59,615 nt of DNA, filler included, from Bipalium vagum (GCA_037834085.1; 3 parts of 3 records of this genome joined end to end with filler, not necessarily neighbours in it), one strand, 5' to 3'. Positions 14,001-28,756 are shown, counted from the first letter of the whole stretch. Translations and numbers: made by a program. The notes: generated by a model not told the origin, from the letters alone.

Positions 14001-15197
14001 CATTGTCAGAAAAATAATTTCAAATAATATTGAGGGGTTTCAGGCTTGAGTTTTCATGACAGCTGTCTAAATTGAACAATACTATCAAAAGATTATTTAA
14101 TGAAAAAATCAATTCAGAGATTTTTTAAAGTACTCTGAAATTGAATTATATTTTAAGAATATATTTCGTATTTATTTTTATACATAACAATTTTAATATA
14201 TTAATTTAATAATAATAATAATTAATTATTAATCATAAATAAAATAAATTTAACTAATATAACAGTAAAAAATAATTATATTACAAGAATATATTATTTA
14301 TATTTATGCCTATATTATTTTATTTTAGTATGTCTATAATCTTGATTAAATAAAAAAATAAATTTGAAAAAATGAAGAAAATAGTTTAATAAATAATAAT
14401 ATTATATTAATAAATAATTTAAATAATCAGTTAATAGAAACATGGAAGGAATTAAAATTCAAAGAGCATTTTGCCAGACTGACGAAAAAAGAAAAAAACG
14501 AAAAATAAATAAAATAAAAATCAGTCGAATCTTTCAATCGAATGAAAGAAAAATTCATAAAGAAAATTGACCGATTAAAACAGTCTGGGAAATTATTTGG
14601 CTGCTTTTGTGAGGATTATCTTTAGCGTCTGAGATTGATAGAGAAAAAAAATAACAGAAAAAGTTAATTCTTATTGAAACATATATATTAAAGAAAAAAT
14701 AAATGAATAAATATTTTTAAATTTTCAAATAATTGATACCACTGACTTACATACGAGTGAGGTTTTTGTAATATAATATAATAATGTTGAATGAGACTAT
14801 GTGAATCTATGAACCCAGTATTATTAATAGAAATACAAACAAATAAGCATAAAATGAACACAAATATCTTCCAAATTAATGTAATTACATATTGGATAAA
14901 ACATAGTATATTTAAAGAAACGTATATTCTCTGACACAGATAAAGATAATATTTAATATTTGCTAGTAAAACGGATATTCTAAATCTATAAGCAACAGTT
15001 TAATTTCATCCTTCAAAACCTAACCGACCTATTTGCCAACCAAATATTTTGTAATAAAAGTTCGATCTATTGCAGTCAGTTCGTTTCTCATTTATTTTCC
15101 ATTTAATGTGTACCAACATTAGAGATTTGGTTATGGAATCTTTCAGTCATTTCTTATCTACATATTTCTACTCTCATTCCAAACATAATTTTATATA

Positions 15198-15720
15198 CAG
15201 GGTGTTTCGAAAACTTATATAAAATTTAGATATGAAAAACAACAAATTTAATAGGTTAGTATTTAAAAAGAATGTCCACCTTGAACTTCAATACAATCAC
15301 AAAATCTTTTGACAGCACTGCAAAATACTTTCTGGCAAGTTTCGCCTGAAATTTTGTTCCATTCGTTTTGAATACTTTGTTTTAGTTGATGAATGGTCTA
15401 GAATTTTTTGCATAAACTTCGTTCTTTAGAATTCCTTATAGAAAAAAACACATTGTCAGCTCCTGAGATCTGACAGGCCATTTGATTGGTCCTCAACGTC
15501 CAATCCAGCGTCCAGAAAATGCCTCAGAAAATCAATAAGATCATGCAACAAAAGTCATTCCAAAGACTACTGTTCGCAGAAGGAAATGAATAATAGCGAA
15601 GATAACACCAAATGATACGAATAACATGAAAGGAATTACATGAAAGGAATTACAGCCGTTTTTGATAGCTAATTTTTATTTTATTTAAGTTTGCGGCTCG
15701 GTTACATTTGAAACACCCTG
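15198..15720 (-). mobile_element. Internally deleted Tc1/maT element with TIRs
   Basis: TA-cagggtgtttc ... gaaacaccctg-TA; internal minus-strand RWIGR.GPIKWPVRS...CIEVQGGH. Confidence 0.9.
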
Positions 15721-17591
15721 TATTTTTTCTTAACATAAATAAATACAAAACTATTTAAAATCATAAATTTTAACTGTGGATCCCAAAGTCAATCTTTCAA
15801 CATAATTCCGGTATTATAAATATTTGAAAATTGACAAAGCTTTTAGTGCCACTTCACATGATATTCATTCTTTATTTTCTCTCATAATATCAGTCATATC
15901 CTTATTTGTTTTAATTGTTTTGTTAGATACTTGATGCAGAATTGAGATAATTATATAAGTACTATTTTGGGATTGTAATCAAGTCAAATGAAAAAAACTT
16001 GTAATGATATTATTCATGATTCTAGTAACCCTAACAGAGCGTCATTTTAAACCTCTTTCGTGGTTCCGGGGACATTAAATCACTGGACCGACTAGAATTA
16101 CCGAAATTAATACCAACCGCATCCCATATTTGGATCACATTCTGACAGATTTTTGTAGCTGAAGGTATACAATCCTTAACTAGTTAATCTTAAAAGGTAT
16201 ACTATCAGTAACGTTATTAAAGCATGAAAAACTAAATTTAAAANNNNNNNNNNNNNNNNNNNNNNNNNNNNNNNNNNNNNNNNNNNNNNNNNNNNNNNNN
16301 NNNNNNNNNNNNNNNNNNNNNNNNNNNNNNNNNNNNNNNNNNNNNNNNNNNNNNNNNNNNNNNNNNNNNNNNNNNNNNNNNNAAATTATCACTAAATATA
16401 ACTTATAAATTTTAAAAATAATAAATTTTTATAATAAAAAAAATATTTCTGTTATTAAAAAATAAATTAAATTTTATTAATTTTCGATTTATATTACTGC
16501 GAAACATAAATTTAAATATTTAATTTATTTCAACGTTGTTTGATTAAATATTCTAAAATTGCCGAAATGAGCATTTAAAATTTTCACATTAAATATAAAT
16601 ATAAATATATCATAAAAATTAATTATAAAAAAGAACAAAAATGTTCTGCAACCTAATTAAAAATATTGGAAATGAGGAGAGATTGTTTACGCAATATTTT
16701 ATTAATATTTAAATTTTTTTTATTACTAATAAAAAACCTTTTAAATATCTCATTTATTTTAAAATTAAATATATATAAATTAAATTAAATAAAATAATTA
16801 ATTAAAATATTGATTAAATAATAAAAAATCGAAAAAATATGATAACAATTGGAAATGGTACATTGCGTTATAATATAATAATAATAAAAAAAAAATATTT
16901 ATTTACTTGGTAAACGGTTTTTGGTAAAATAAACAATTTAATTTTATTGTTTATTTAAATAATTTATTTTCAATTGTCAATCGAAACCTGTCAACCTTTC
17001 ATGGCTTTTATAATAAAAATAATGGTCTTTATTGATATAATATTGAACATATGAAATAAGGTTTCTTTTGGAAAATATTCTTATTCTTCTAACAAACGTC
17101 CTTGGTGAACATTTCAAAACTCAGAATATCAAAAAATAATATAATAATACTTTATACATCACCATACACAATTGACCAAAAATTAATAATTAATAAATAT
17201 TGACTTGAAAAGTCCTCAAACACCATTCCTCCAACTCTTCAACAAGAATAAATCTTCTAACGTTCACGTCCTATATTAACATTGTCATCCATTGATCATT
17301 ATAATTATTATTGTAATTTAATAATGCTAAAGTCCTGGAATAAGACTGAAATCGGATACTCTTATAAAGGAATGGGATTAATAAAGTAATAAAAGAATGA
17401 TAAAATATAAATATATTATGCTTAAATGAAAAAGATTAGGCTAATATATTTGTTTCTTTATTTATTAAACTTAAATATATATTTTTTTATTATAATAATA
17501 TTGTTAAAAAATTGGGAAATTTAAAATTGAAGACATACATTAAAATAAAAAATTTTAAATGTATGCATTATCTGAATAAAGAAAAATATAT

Positions 17592-17602
17592 TAATAATAA
17601 TG

Positions 17603-17664
<62 letters not shown>
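17592..17664. repeat. (AAT)n microsatellite running into a gap
   Basis: aat tandem run. Confidence 0.95.
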
Positions 17665-17959
17665 NNNNNNNNNNNNNNNNNNNNNNNNNNNNNNNNNNNN
17701 NNNNNNNNTTAATTAATTAANNNNNNNNNNNNNNNNNNNNNNNNNNNNNNNNNNNNNNNNNNNNTATATAGACCTATAAAGCACATGTATATCATTTTCG
17801 GTCACCGAAGGTCCCTCTATTGTTAATAATTATTTAAAATACGGGTAAAATTTATGGTTATGTTAAAAATAAAATTTTAGGCTATAAATTTAAAATACGG
17901 TTAAAATTTTTAATATTAATAACAAAGCAAAATATATGATTCTATCTAAAAGATCTATA

Positions 17960-18634
17960 TTAAAGAACATGTATAACCAACTGTTTCATGTAACACGTGT
18001 CGGTCACCTTCTGCATAACTGTGCAATGCGCCTTCGTGGGCATTTTCCTGCGATTTCTTGTGTCAAAATGGTAACTGTTAAGAATAAAGGTCACAGTTAG
18101 CAGTTTTCTGCTATAGGTCAGCCGCCACAGCAAGTATTGACACGTTGGGGTACATGGCTAAACGCAGGGTACTTATATGCCTACTGTTCGACATATTGTG
18201 GAAAGTTTTGAAGGCAATGGGGTACTTATTTCTTGCGCAAAGCAATCTGTATCAAACAGCAGTTTGGTTGGAGAACTTATTTAGCTAACAAAATACCAGA
18301 GTTTAAACAAACTAATAGTAGAAGCTGAGAGCACTCAATATACAATTCGTGAAGCTGCAGAAGATCTAGCCAAAATCTTTATCCAGTATGATCCATGTAA
18401 TATAAGAGCATACATTGAAAAGCGCTTATCAAACAACGATCTTAGTTCAATTATCAACAGTAAAAGAAAGGACGTACCACCTGCAACTTTTGCTCTGTTT
18501 CAATCATGTCAGCCAATACCATGCTCTTTGGAGAGAAGCTTTTCCATTGTTAAACATATCTTTCGAAAGATCGGAATGTTGATCCCCATAATGTACGCCA
18601 TTATGTGATTGCCGCGCATAACGGACTATTTTAA
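17960..18634 (+). mobile_element. hAT-family transposase pseudogene fragment
   Basis: FHVTRVGHLLHNCA (degenerate CxxH), PPQQVLTRWGTWL, and C-terminal LERSFS dimerisation motif. Confidence 0.8.
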
Positions 18635-18882
18635 TACAATAAAAAACTTTTGCTGTGTACTTTAAGGTTAAAAATTTAAATAATAAAATTTTAAGAAATT
18701 CTTTAAGTTAAAAAATATTTTGCCTAATTTATATTGATCTCCAGAAAAGTAAAATGTTCTAATAAATGTTTTATGGTTTTGCTGATTTCATTTAGATTGA
18801 TTGATTGGTTTTGAGTTCAGCTTCTCTTTTACTTTTGGATTCCTACAAGAAAATTAAATAAATACTAGTTATTGTTTAATAG

Positions 18883-19834
18883 TGTTGGGTTAGCCAAGAA
18901 CACATTTCTGTAAACCCCTTTAAAAGCATGTTAGAGACCACAATAGGGTCTAGATTATTTATCATTATTATAAATTAATTATCAAGACCGCAAAAGGGTC
19001 AGAATTAAAACACTACTACTACTACTAATACTACTACTACTACTACTAATAATAATAATAATAAAATAAAAATAAATAAATTATTAATTAATTAATTCAA
19101 AAGTACATTAAAACAAAAAGGGGCAATTAATTATTATTTTTAAGGGATCTACTCTTGACAATGGCGAACCTTAATTGCCAAGATTAGATCAGGGTCCGCA
19201 AGGAAGGACCGATTTAAAATTATCGATATAAAAAGGGAATCGACATTCCTCATTAATCAAACTGATCTACGACTGATTAGTCGTCTGATCAGAATGGTAT
19301 ATAAGGAGTTGGAAGTCGCAGTGGATTGCTACAAAATTCTACGAGACGTCGGAAGAAGCAGAACTCTAAGAGACGTTGGAAGCCTTTAACAGTAACCATT
19401 CTTTATGCCCTCTCTGCGACAGGAGCTCATGACGGGTCCTGTGCTGTTAAGAGGTTTCTGAGCGGACCGGATTGGGCTCAGCTAATCACCTTTTGGACCT
19501 GTCGTCACAAGTGGTGAGAATATCTTGATTTTGTTTTTTTCTTTTTAAATTAATTGATATTTAATCCTTGCTGACATTTAATTGATATTGGTATTTGATT
19601 ATTTAATTTTAATTTAATTGATTATTATTCTTGACGTTGGTTTTCAGTGTGATTGATTGGAGACATTTTATTGATTGTTTGGAAACCTTTTTTATTGTTA
19701 TTTTAGGAATAAAGTGTTGTTCGTAGTTGTTTGATTCATTCATTTGCGTACACGTATTGACAAAAGTGAAGGGGTCAGTAAACTTTGCGAGCTAAGTGTT
19801 AAGACAGTATTCATAGTAAAATAATAGCGTAACA
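18883..19834 (+). mobile_element. Probable solo LTR (gypsy-like)
   Basis: TGTTGGGTTA...TAGCGTAACA imperfect terminal inverted ends, TATA-like tatataag near 19298, GC-rich core, T-rich tail, AATAAA near 19708. No clear TSD. Confidence 0.45.
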
Positions 19835-20435
19835 TAAATTCCCGATTTTTTAAATATATATTTACTCATTAACAAGAAACACGATTTATAAACAATATTT
19901 ATTCTAACTACTACCACCTGTTCACCAGGTTGTTGAAGACATGACTCTATCTCTTAATAAAATTACCTTTAAAAAACGTGTCACGAATTACAATCGAGAT
20001 TATGGAATTTTTTTTAAAGGTATTAAAAATGCATTATTTTTTTAGTTATTAAAATAAATAAAACGAAGAATATATATTCAAAAAATATTTTATAAAGATA
20101 ACGTCATTACTTTAGTTCAAATTAAACTGAATAACTTTATATTCATATTTCAAATTCCTTTTATTGATTATGATAATTGAAATAATGTTTACGATATTGT
20201 TTGTTACTTAAATTTAACTGAATATGAAGAATTAAGCGAGAACTAATTTATTTATGAAATTTGTTTAAAATAATTAAAAAATATTTTGTTCTTTATATTT
20301 TGAATTTTTTATTTGTTTTTAAATATTATTTCGTCGCTAATAAGAACGATTTATTGAAAATTCATCTTAAATATGATTTTAATTAATAAAATTTAATTTC
20401 ATAAGATTTTATCATATTAAATAATTTTTAGGAAT

Positions 20436-20507
20436 ATGTCATTTAATGAAGATGTAAAGAGAATTGATAATTCCACAGTTTTGGATATTACTAAGTTAAT
20501 TAGTAAG
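20436..20507 (+). CDS. Host gene exon A (MSFNEDVKRIDNSTVLDITKLISK)
   Basis: ttttag acceptor (exon from 20432), AAG|GTAATT donor, phase 0 joins 27489. Confidence 0.65.
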
Positions 20508-22945
20508 GTAATTTTAAAATAATTACAGTTTTGCATATTAATGTTATGTATAAATTTAAACTAAAGCAGTATATATAATGACATTTTCAAAGAAAATTTC
20601 TTATGACATTATTTTTATTTAAATTACATATTGGTAACACTGAAAAATGCTTTTATATTCGTTTTTCGAAGAATTTTTATGAAATTAATATTAAAAAATT
20701 TCTAAAGTAAGCTATTTTATAATTCAATTTGACATGATTGTTTAAAGTGCGCATTTAAATTTTATCTAAATCTTGTTAATAATCTCAATTCATGCGATTT
20801 TTTTGAATAATCAGTTTATAAATAACCAATATTATTGTTTTTTAAATATTGTAATACCCAAACTTAAGTTAATAATTAAAGAAATGATTACAATTCAAAA
20901 TTTCCAAATCGATTAAGTTCTAATAAAATTAATTAATGATAAATAAGTTATTTAAAACATTTCGTGCTTGTGATTTCGTTGATATGTTGTGTTTTATATG
21001 AAGTTCGAAAACAAATTTTGACCTTCAACTTAAATTTAAACAACTCAGTATTATATGAATTTCCTTTTGATATTAATTATAGTTTGACAATCACCCTTTA
21101 CAGTGAATAGAATATAAGATGCCTTTTGCTCAATATTTATCATTACTTGATGAATAAAACAAGCTCAATAGAAAGTTTATTTGAATTTGACTAACTTAAC
21201 AAAATTTTTAAATGTTTATTTAATTCAATAAGATAATATATTTCATTTATATTTATTCGGTCGTCAGTATGTAGGTAGTTCTTGTGGCTCAAGGACCTTA
21301 TCAATTTCGTGATTAATTTTATGTGACAAATATTTAATCTGATAAACATCAAATATTAAAGATATAGTAGAAAATGTGTTATAATATCAATTTTATGTTC
21401 AAATTCTTGATAGAATAAGAGGAGTAAAGTACATTTTTATTGTATTCGGTTTATGAAAAAGAATAAATAAATTTTTAAAATATAAAAACCTATTTAAGGC
21501 AAAATACATAATAATGACAAAAAAGCCACCATCAATAGCCCACTTCATATTATATTCTGAAATCAGAATCCTGTATTACTAAACTTTTTAGTTAATGTAA
21601 AAAAGTGTTATTTAACCTTAAGTAAAATTTCTTGTTTCGGTAATTTCTTTTTAATTTATATATTTTGTGAATTTATATTCTTTTTAAATCAAAATATTCA
21701 AAAAATAGCTATTAACAATAATTATAAAAATATTATTTTTCTCCTAATTAAAATTTTTCTCATTGTGGTGATGTTTTTGGTTTTTTTATTGTTATAAGTA
21801 AATACTTGTATAAAATAGATTTAATTATTTGTGATATTTTTTCATTATGTTTTATTAATACTTTTATCTTTCAATATTGATTGCTTCTTATTATCGATCG
21901 TTATAGAATTTAATACGAAGATCAAGATTTCAAAAAAAATTTAAAAGCGTTTCACAAAATTGGTAAATTTAAATCAGGTACTTTAAAAATTAAAATAAAA
22001 AAGATCTTGTAACCTATGAGTCATGTTTCATTGTCTGTATTGTGTTAATATGAACATTTTTATTATATATTAAGATTATAATATCTGAAAAAATAAAAGA
22101 AAAGATATTTAATTTGATGTGGAAACATCAGTTTTTAAAATTACTTATTATATAATCTAAGACACGTAAAATTAATAAAAAATATTGATTTTAAAAAAAA
22201 ATCTATCTATAGAAGCTATAAAAATCTTTTTATTTTGAACCTTATGGATATTTGAAAATGTTGATTGAAGTTGTCTCTTTAAATACTGAGCTTAAGTTTT
22301 GATAAAAGTAGTAAGACAATTCATTTCAAATTAAATTTTTCCAGGTTACAAAAATAACATTGAATATTTTTAAATTTTTATTAATTTCGTTTGAAAGAAA
22401 GCTAAAATGATATAAGTTTAAATTTATCAAGAATTTAACAAAGTACCACAAGAAAAAAATTCAGCAAACATTTTCAATGAAATTTTTTTGTATTGATTTT
22501 TTTTATTTCAATGTCATTTTTTGTATGCTTTTGCGATTTTCGAACACATCTTATACCCAAAATTTATATTTGGGATTGTTTTACTTGTTCATCAAGTAAG
22601 TAACCTCAACAATTTGATTTATTTCTTGGGTGACTGCTTTGAACTGCTTAAATTAATTTTAACAGTTGATTTTGATTCTTTTCGAAGACTTCAAATTTGT
22701 TGAAAAGAATATAAGTACACAAAAGTAAAAAAGGTCGAGTTTTCAAAATTTGATAAAAGGGTTGCACAGTGAAAACTTAACGAAAATCAATGAAATTTAA
22801 AATTGATATTAAAGATTTTTTTTCTACTAAATTATGAAAATTAGCTTTCTTGATATGTCTTCCACAATTAAGGTATTAATAGTTGTAATATAAATATTTA
22901 ATTTATTTGTCTCATAAAAGAAATTATATAATAATAATATTAACA

Positions 22946-23164
22946 ATGTCTCAGTTATGCTTTATGACCGGATGCGATCAGGAAATAGCAATGATGCAGT
23001 TGCTAAATTCGGACTACGATCTTCAACTTGCTGCGGATAAAATTCTGGAAACTATGCCAAATAATAAACAGGTTGACAATGGTTGGCAAACCATTAACAG
23101 ACAAAAGAAATCGAAGAAGAAAGAGGTTAAAAAAGAGGATAACAACAACGATGAACATGTTAAA
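22946..23164 (+). pseudogene. UBA-like domain exon, reminiscent of the UBAP2/UBAP2L/Lingerer N-terminus
   Basis: QLCFMTGCDQEIAMMQLLNSDYDLQLAADKIL followed by GWQTINRQKKSKKK; downstream sequence has stops and frameshifts. Confidence 0.4.
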
Positions 23165-24523
23165 GTACGTCTTGTGTAGGCTGTTTGTTATGCATAAAAA
23201 AATTTTCGAAACAGAAAATCGTTTCGAACCGTCCGGTGAAATCTTCTTATAATTCTGATACCAGACCAAGAACTTTTAAAAACGATGAACGGCAAAATAA
23301 TGTAGGAATATAGTTATTTTTATTTTTTAATTTTTAGCCATTCTCTGTTACCACATTATTATTATTATTATTTTATGCGATTGATCAAACAGAGTCTGAT
23401 CTCGTTTGTATTTTGCACCATTATTCCGATTCATATAAATATTTTTATCAAAAGTATTCTGGTTATATTAAAAAAATTATTTTTCAATCCAAAAATGACA
23501 TTTCTTATATTTTGACATTCGTATTTGTTAGGTTATTCAGAATTTATTGATTATAATTCCTATTTTATATATAATTTATAAATTATTTATTATTTATTAA
23601 ATTAAAAGTTATATTATTTTTAATATATAACTGACTCAAATTAAATAATATTTTTCATACTTTTTCTTAGAATGATTATTTCATTTTTATTTTGTGTTCA
23701 TAAGAGCCGAATTGATTTACTAACCTGATTATTTTTATAATATTTATAGAAATGACACTTTTTTGGAGATCTAACCATTTCAATATTGTTTGCAACTCAA
23801 ATTTTTAATAACCTCCTAATAGTTGAATTCTGGAATAAAAATATATTAATCAATCATAAATTTTTTGGCTTGGATATTATTCGTGAGTTGAAACTTCGTT
23901 CACTCTCCTAATCCACTTTAAGTGCATGATTGCTTGTCATTGAGCTTTCAGATTAATTTTAAAAAATCGATTGTGTTACATTATTTTTATATTTTTAAAT
24001 ATTTATAAAAGTTTAAATGACATTTTCAAAGAATATCTAAAATTTATCGTAATGTAAGTGGAAAAATATAATTCCTATTATTTTTAGTTGTATATAATTC
24101 TCTAGTAAAGTATACTCACTGTTATGTTGTGAATGTGATATATCATGGGAATGACAGAAGATTTTTCCAGTTCCACCTATAATAATGAAATACTTGACCA
24201 TTGCGTATCAGTCTTCCTTTGAAATTGATATCGGATCAATTTTTTGAAAAAAGGTCTTCATCAACTTTTTGTAGAGAACTGAACATTTTAGGACCTGGAA
24301 TGATTGATTTTTTGTTACTCGATTATATGTTTTTGAGTCTTATATTACCAAATCTTTTGATTGACAACAATGCCCTTCTGAAAACTCCAGATTGTGGATA
24401 CATCAATAACTTAATTTAGCTTAAAGAAAATCAGAGGATGACTTATTATTATAAATTTATGATATTTGAATGATTGATAAAAACTAGTGAATCTGTTTTA
24501 GTTAATATTTTAGATTCTCGTAC

Positions 24524-26425
24524 TGTTACGATCGAGAATCAGACACATTTAGAGAAGAACACCCAAATGCGAACGCTCCACACGAAGTTGAGTTGATCGG
24601 AGCAATAAACTAGATGAAGTCAACTATCGCGATATTTATATTTATAATATAAGTAATTTATTCAATATTATAGAAGAGGAAGCGGAAAAAAAGATATACA
24701 AAACTAATGATGCAATGGAGAAAGTGTACAGATTTATAAAAATGGAGGGATTGAATATTGATGCAGGCAGAACGAGTAGCGCAAAGCAAGGAAACGAGAT
24801 ACTGCTAATAGAAGAAAGAGGTCAACAGATCAGGTATGATAAGATGAAAGGCAGACCAAGTGTAACAGTTCAGATTCAAGGATACCAATTCGAATGTTTA
24901 TTAGATACAGGACCCAGTATCAACATGATGAGCTGGAAGATTTTCGAAAGATTAAATGACGTTGAATTAAGAGATAGCGAAGACAATCTGAAATGTGCTA
25001 ACAATAGCCCACTTGAAACGATGAGTGTAATAAAAGTGGACATATGCATATGGAACACACGACAGAAGATCAGATTTATAGTAGTAAAAGACATACAGTC
25101 AGGATTGATTGGTGGGATTGAATTACAAAGACAGCTCGGGTTTGCTCTTGAAAGAAAGGCGACAAAAGACAGATATAATGAACAATTACGCAACATAGAG
25201 GCGAAATTTGGTAGGAAAACAAACGATTAAGAAAGATTATAGAGAGCACTAATAATTCTAGTTACGACACCAAACAAAATTTTGGAACGAATTATAAACA
25301 AATATAAAAGAGTATTCATGGCAGATAATTGGGATATCGGTAAAACAAAAATGGCAGAGCATAAAATGATCACCAAAGGAGGACCAATAAACGTTAAACC
25401 TTGGAGACAGCCCATCCATTTGGAGAAGATTGACGAAGCAATAAAAAATTATTCGACAACGACATCATCAGAAAGTACAACTCACCATAGAATTCACCGC
25501 TGATATGCGTATGGAAGAAGGAAAGACGTAAGATTATGTTTAGATTTCAGGAAAAATAATACCATAACGGAGAGTGTAATACCATGTGTGAGAGATGCTA
25601 GACAACTTATACGGAACTGAATACATGAGTACCATTGATCTCGGAAATGCCTATTATCAAGTGCCACTACATCCAGACTCTCAGTAGAAAACAGCATTCT
25701 CCACAAAAAATGGACAATTTTGTTTTAAGAGAATGCCCTTTGGTATAGCAGCTGCGCCAGGGACCTTGCAGGAACTGATGAAAAATGTTTTAAGAGGCTT
25801 AAAAGGAACTATTGTTTACATGGACGATATATTGATATTCTCAAAGGATGAGGAACAACATTACGAAATACTGAGCGCGGTCTTGGAGAAAGTGCAGAAC
25901 GCTGGATTACGAATAAATCCAGAAAAATGTCACTTGTTACGATCGGAAGTGAAATTTCTGGGGCATATCATAGATAAGAGAGGAATCAGAACTAACTATT
26001 ATTACAGGAGATTCATCCTCAATTATTCGAAGAAGGCCAGAGCCTAAGATGCACTGTATGGAAGTACGAGCGCAAAACTGATATGGACAAAAGCATGTAG
26101 CAGAGCTTTCGAAGAAATGAAAGAAGCATTGACAAAAGCCCCAATAGTAGGTTTTCCTAGTACATCCAGTATTTTTATACTTGATACAGACCCAAGTTTT
26201 GACGCGATAGGAGCAGTTCTGTCTCAGAGAGATGAAAGGAATCAAGAGAGGGTTATTGCATACGGATCGCATGCATTATCGGCTCATGAAAAAGGATATT
26301 GCATAACAAGAAAAGAACTACTGGCTATATACTACTTTTGCGAACATTTCAAACATTATCTGTATGGCAAGAAGTTTCTGGTACGCACGGACCACAAAGC
26401 AATAACATTTATGAGAAAAACCATT
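24524..26425 (+). mobile_element. Ty3/gypsy LTR retrotransposon pol fragment (protease-RT-RNase H), frameshifted
   Basis: LLDTG protease site, MPFG and YMDDILI RT motifs, FILDTDPS..IGAVLSQ, RKELLAI and VRTDHKA RNase H motifs; TGTTAC start at 24524. Confidence 0.95.
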
Positions 26426-27019
26426 TACTCTAAAACCAAATTATTAGTAATAGTAAAACTAATCGAATAAAACTCTCTTCAAATCTTTAAACTATTTTTA
26501 AAAAAGTCAAAATTATCTTGTTGTTCATTACTACAATAACTAAGTTAATGTATATAATTCACAGGATTAATAATGAAAAAATAGTAACATAAGGAAGTCA
26601 ATTTAATTAAAATACAAACATTACACATTAGGCAAATAACTTGTATATAATGTTGTATATTTATTATGAAGCATAATTAAGGCAAAGTAAAACGTAATAT
26701 TCATTCTAATACATAGTGGGCAAATAATTTTGTCAAAAAGTGCATACGTAAAAGTCTAAAATCTGCCTTTACAAAAATTCAGCTTGCATTCTTAGAAAAA
26801 CCAACCATAATTTAATATGATATATACTGATAAATATTTTAAAATATATTATTGATTAAAATTTTTATTGATTAAATCTCTGTTTAAATACACCCTATAA
26901 AATCCCATTTTTATAAATTCACGTTCCACAAATAGTTAAATTTCGCGGGACGGAAAATGTGATATTATACAGTGTTGACTGTAATATATCATTTAAAATA
27001 TACAACCATTAAAAATATG

Positions 27020-27400
27020 CAACAATTGGGAAAAGTTTTGTGTGAATATCTTATAGAAATTAATGTTAATCATGTTCCGTCAATTAAAAGAGGCAATCGT
27101 TGGTTTTGGTGATTTCGAAATCACTAATACGAAACCAAAGGTAAAGGCTATAGAGAACCAGTATAGAATTTTGAAAGTGGAGAATTGCAAATGTTAGTTT
27201 ATGAAGGCAATTGTTAAACACAATCTGAACTGACTGCTGCAGTAAATGTTACAAAAGATATTTTGCAGTGTCTCAGATATGGAGGGGACTCAAAAATTGG
27301 AGGAAAGAACCAGAGACTATATTTTGTGATATTCTTTTTCTCGAAGTTTTACAAGACAAAAATAGATTCACTGTGATAGTCCTAAATTGCAAAATATTAT
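27020..27400 (+). mobile_element. Mariner transposase fragment
   Basis: RWF..FRN...FESGELQMLV.E..TQSELTAAVNVT, resembling the mauritiana-type second HTH. Confidence 0.55.
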
Positions 27401-27488
27401 TTCTGAGTTATAACTATTTCATGTTACTGGTGACAATACTATGATTAAAACAATTGTTGAGTCAGTCATAAAATCATTTTATTCTTAG

Positions 27489-27645
27489 GTGGTGAGATCA
27501 CAAAACAAGCGGAACCGAAATATAATAGCGAAAAATAACCTGGAATTGTCCAATAGTAATAACTATAACAACAGTTGCCATAATACCAATGAAAAGACGA
27601 TTGCATCTAATTCCATTGAAATGTTCGATCTACATGAAGAATTGA
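27489..27645 (+). CDS. Host gene exon B
   Basis: ttcttag acceptor, GTAAGT donor; VVRSQNKRNR...MFDLHEEL; phase 0 to 1. Confidence 0.75.
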
Positions 27646-28756
27646 GTAAGTTTGAGATTAAATATTTAAGAATATTTTTCATTTTCTCATCAGTTCCATA
27701 AAAAGCAATTAAGATAAACCGGAGAGTTTATTTTCACTAATAAAAGTCGATAAATCAAAATTTTTAAAAGGAACCAAATACGTTACCATGATAAATATAA
27801 ATAAATTTAGTTTTATTTAATAATTAAAAAAAACAATTTGAAAATTGTGGATTTTTTGATTTTTTTTTGATTTTTTGCAGAATATTGTAAGTTTCTTTCG
27901 ACATAGATGCGAAAATTGATTCGTTTTGATTTTAATTCAATTTTGACACTAAAACCATTTGATAAATGGTGAATTTTGTGTAATGTATAAAAAGGTAAAG
28001 GTGTTATATTTTATCAATGGAGGAAAAAAGCTCTTTGTTGGTTTTATTGACGATTTTAATCTATTTGCATTATTTTTTTGGTTCTAGTGTCAATCTCTAG
28101 CTGGGAATGGGTTTATTTTTAGTTTGAAATGAAGAAAGTTTAGATAATTTTTTTATGATATTTTCAGATTTATGATACATGATTCGTAAATATTAAAAAT
28201 TTATTATTATTCTGTTTTATCATTAAAAAGTGTCAACAATTCAGACATTTTTATTCAAAACTGTCGATTTCTTTTCTTTAATGAGATCACTAATAATTTG
28301 TAATGATTGTTTGAAGTCAATATACATTGTTTACCAGGGACAACAATATAATTATAATAATCATTATTATAATTTTTAATTTAATTTAAGTTTACTTAGT
28401 TGCAGCTTTGAATAATTCTGTATAATTTTTTAATAAAATCAATGTCTGAAATTTATTCAATTTTTAATTAATCAATAATATTTATCTATACTCCAAAGAC
28501 GTCAATTTCTTTGTAAAGTCCATCAGGAATAATTGGTAACTCTGATTGTCTTCTGTTCCTTGTTTCGGTTTGTTACAAAAGCTTAGTGGTCCTTGAATTC
28601 TTTGTCGCCAAGGATATTAAAAAAATATTTTCAGTCATTATTTATTCAATATTTTAATTAATTTACCCTTTGAATTTTACTGATTATATTTATAATCAAA
28701 TTTTAAAATTTTCTATTTTTCGCCTAAAATTTTAAATTTGATATTATTATTATTTA

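Noticed and set aside
17512-17712. Poly-Asn ORF
   Set aside because: Translation of an (AAT)n microsatellite and a gap.
17665-17763. TTAATTAATTAA island flanked by N runs (also at 38019-38030)
   Set aside because: Identical in both gaps and gives stops in all six frames; this is a scaffolding linker, not biology.
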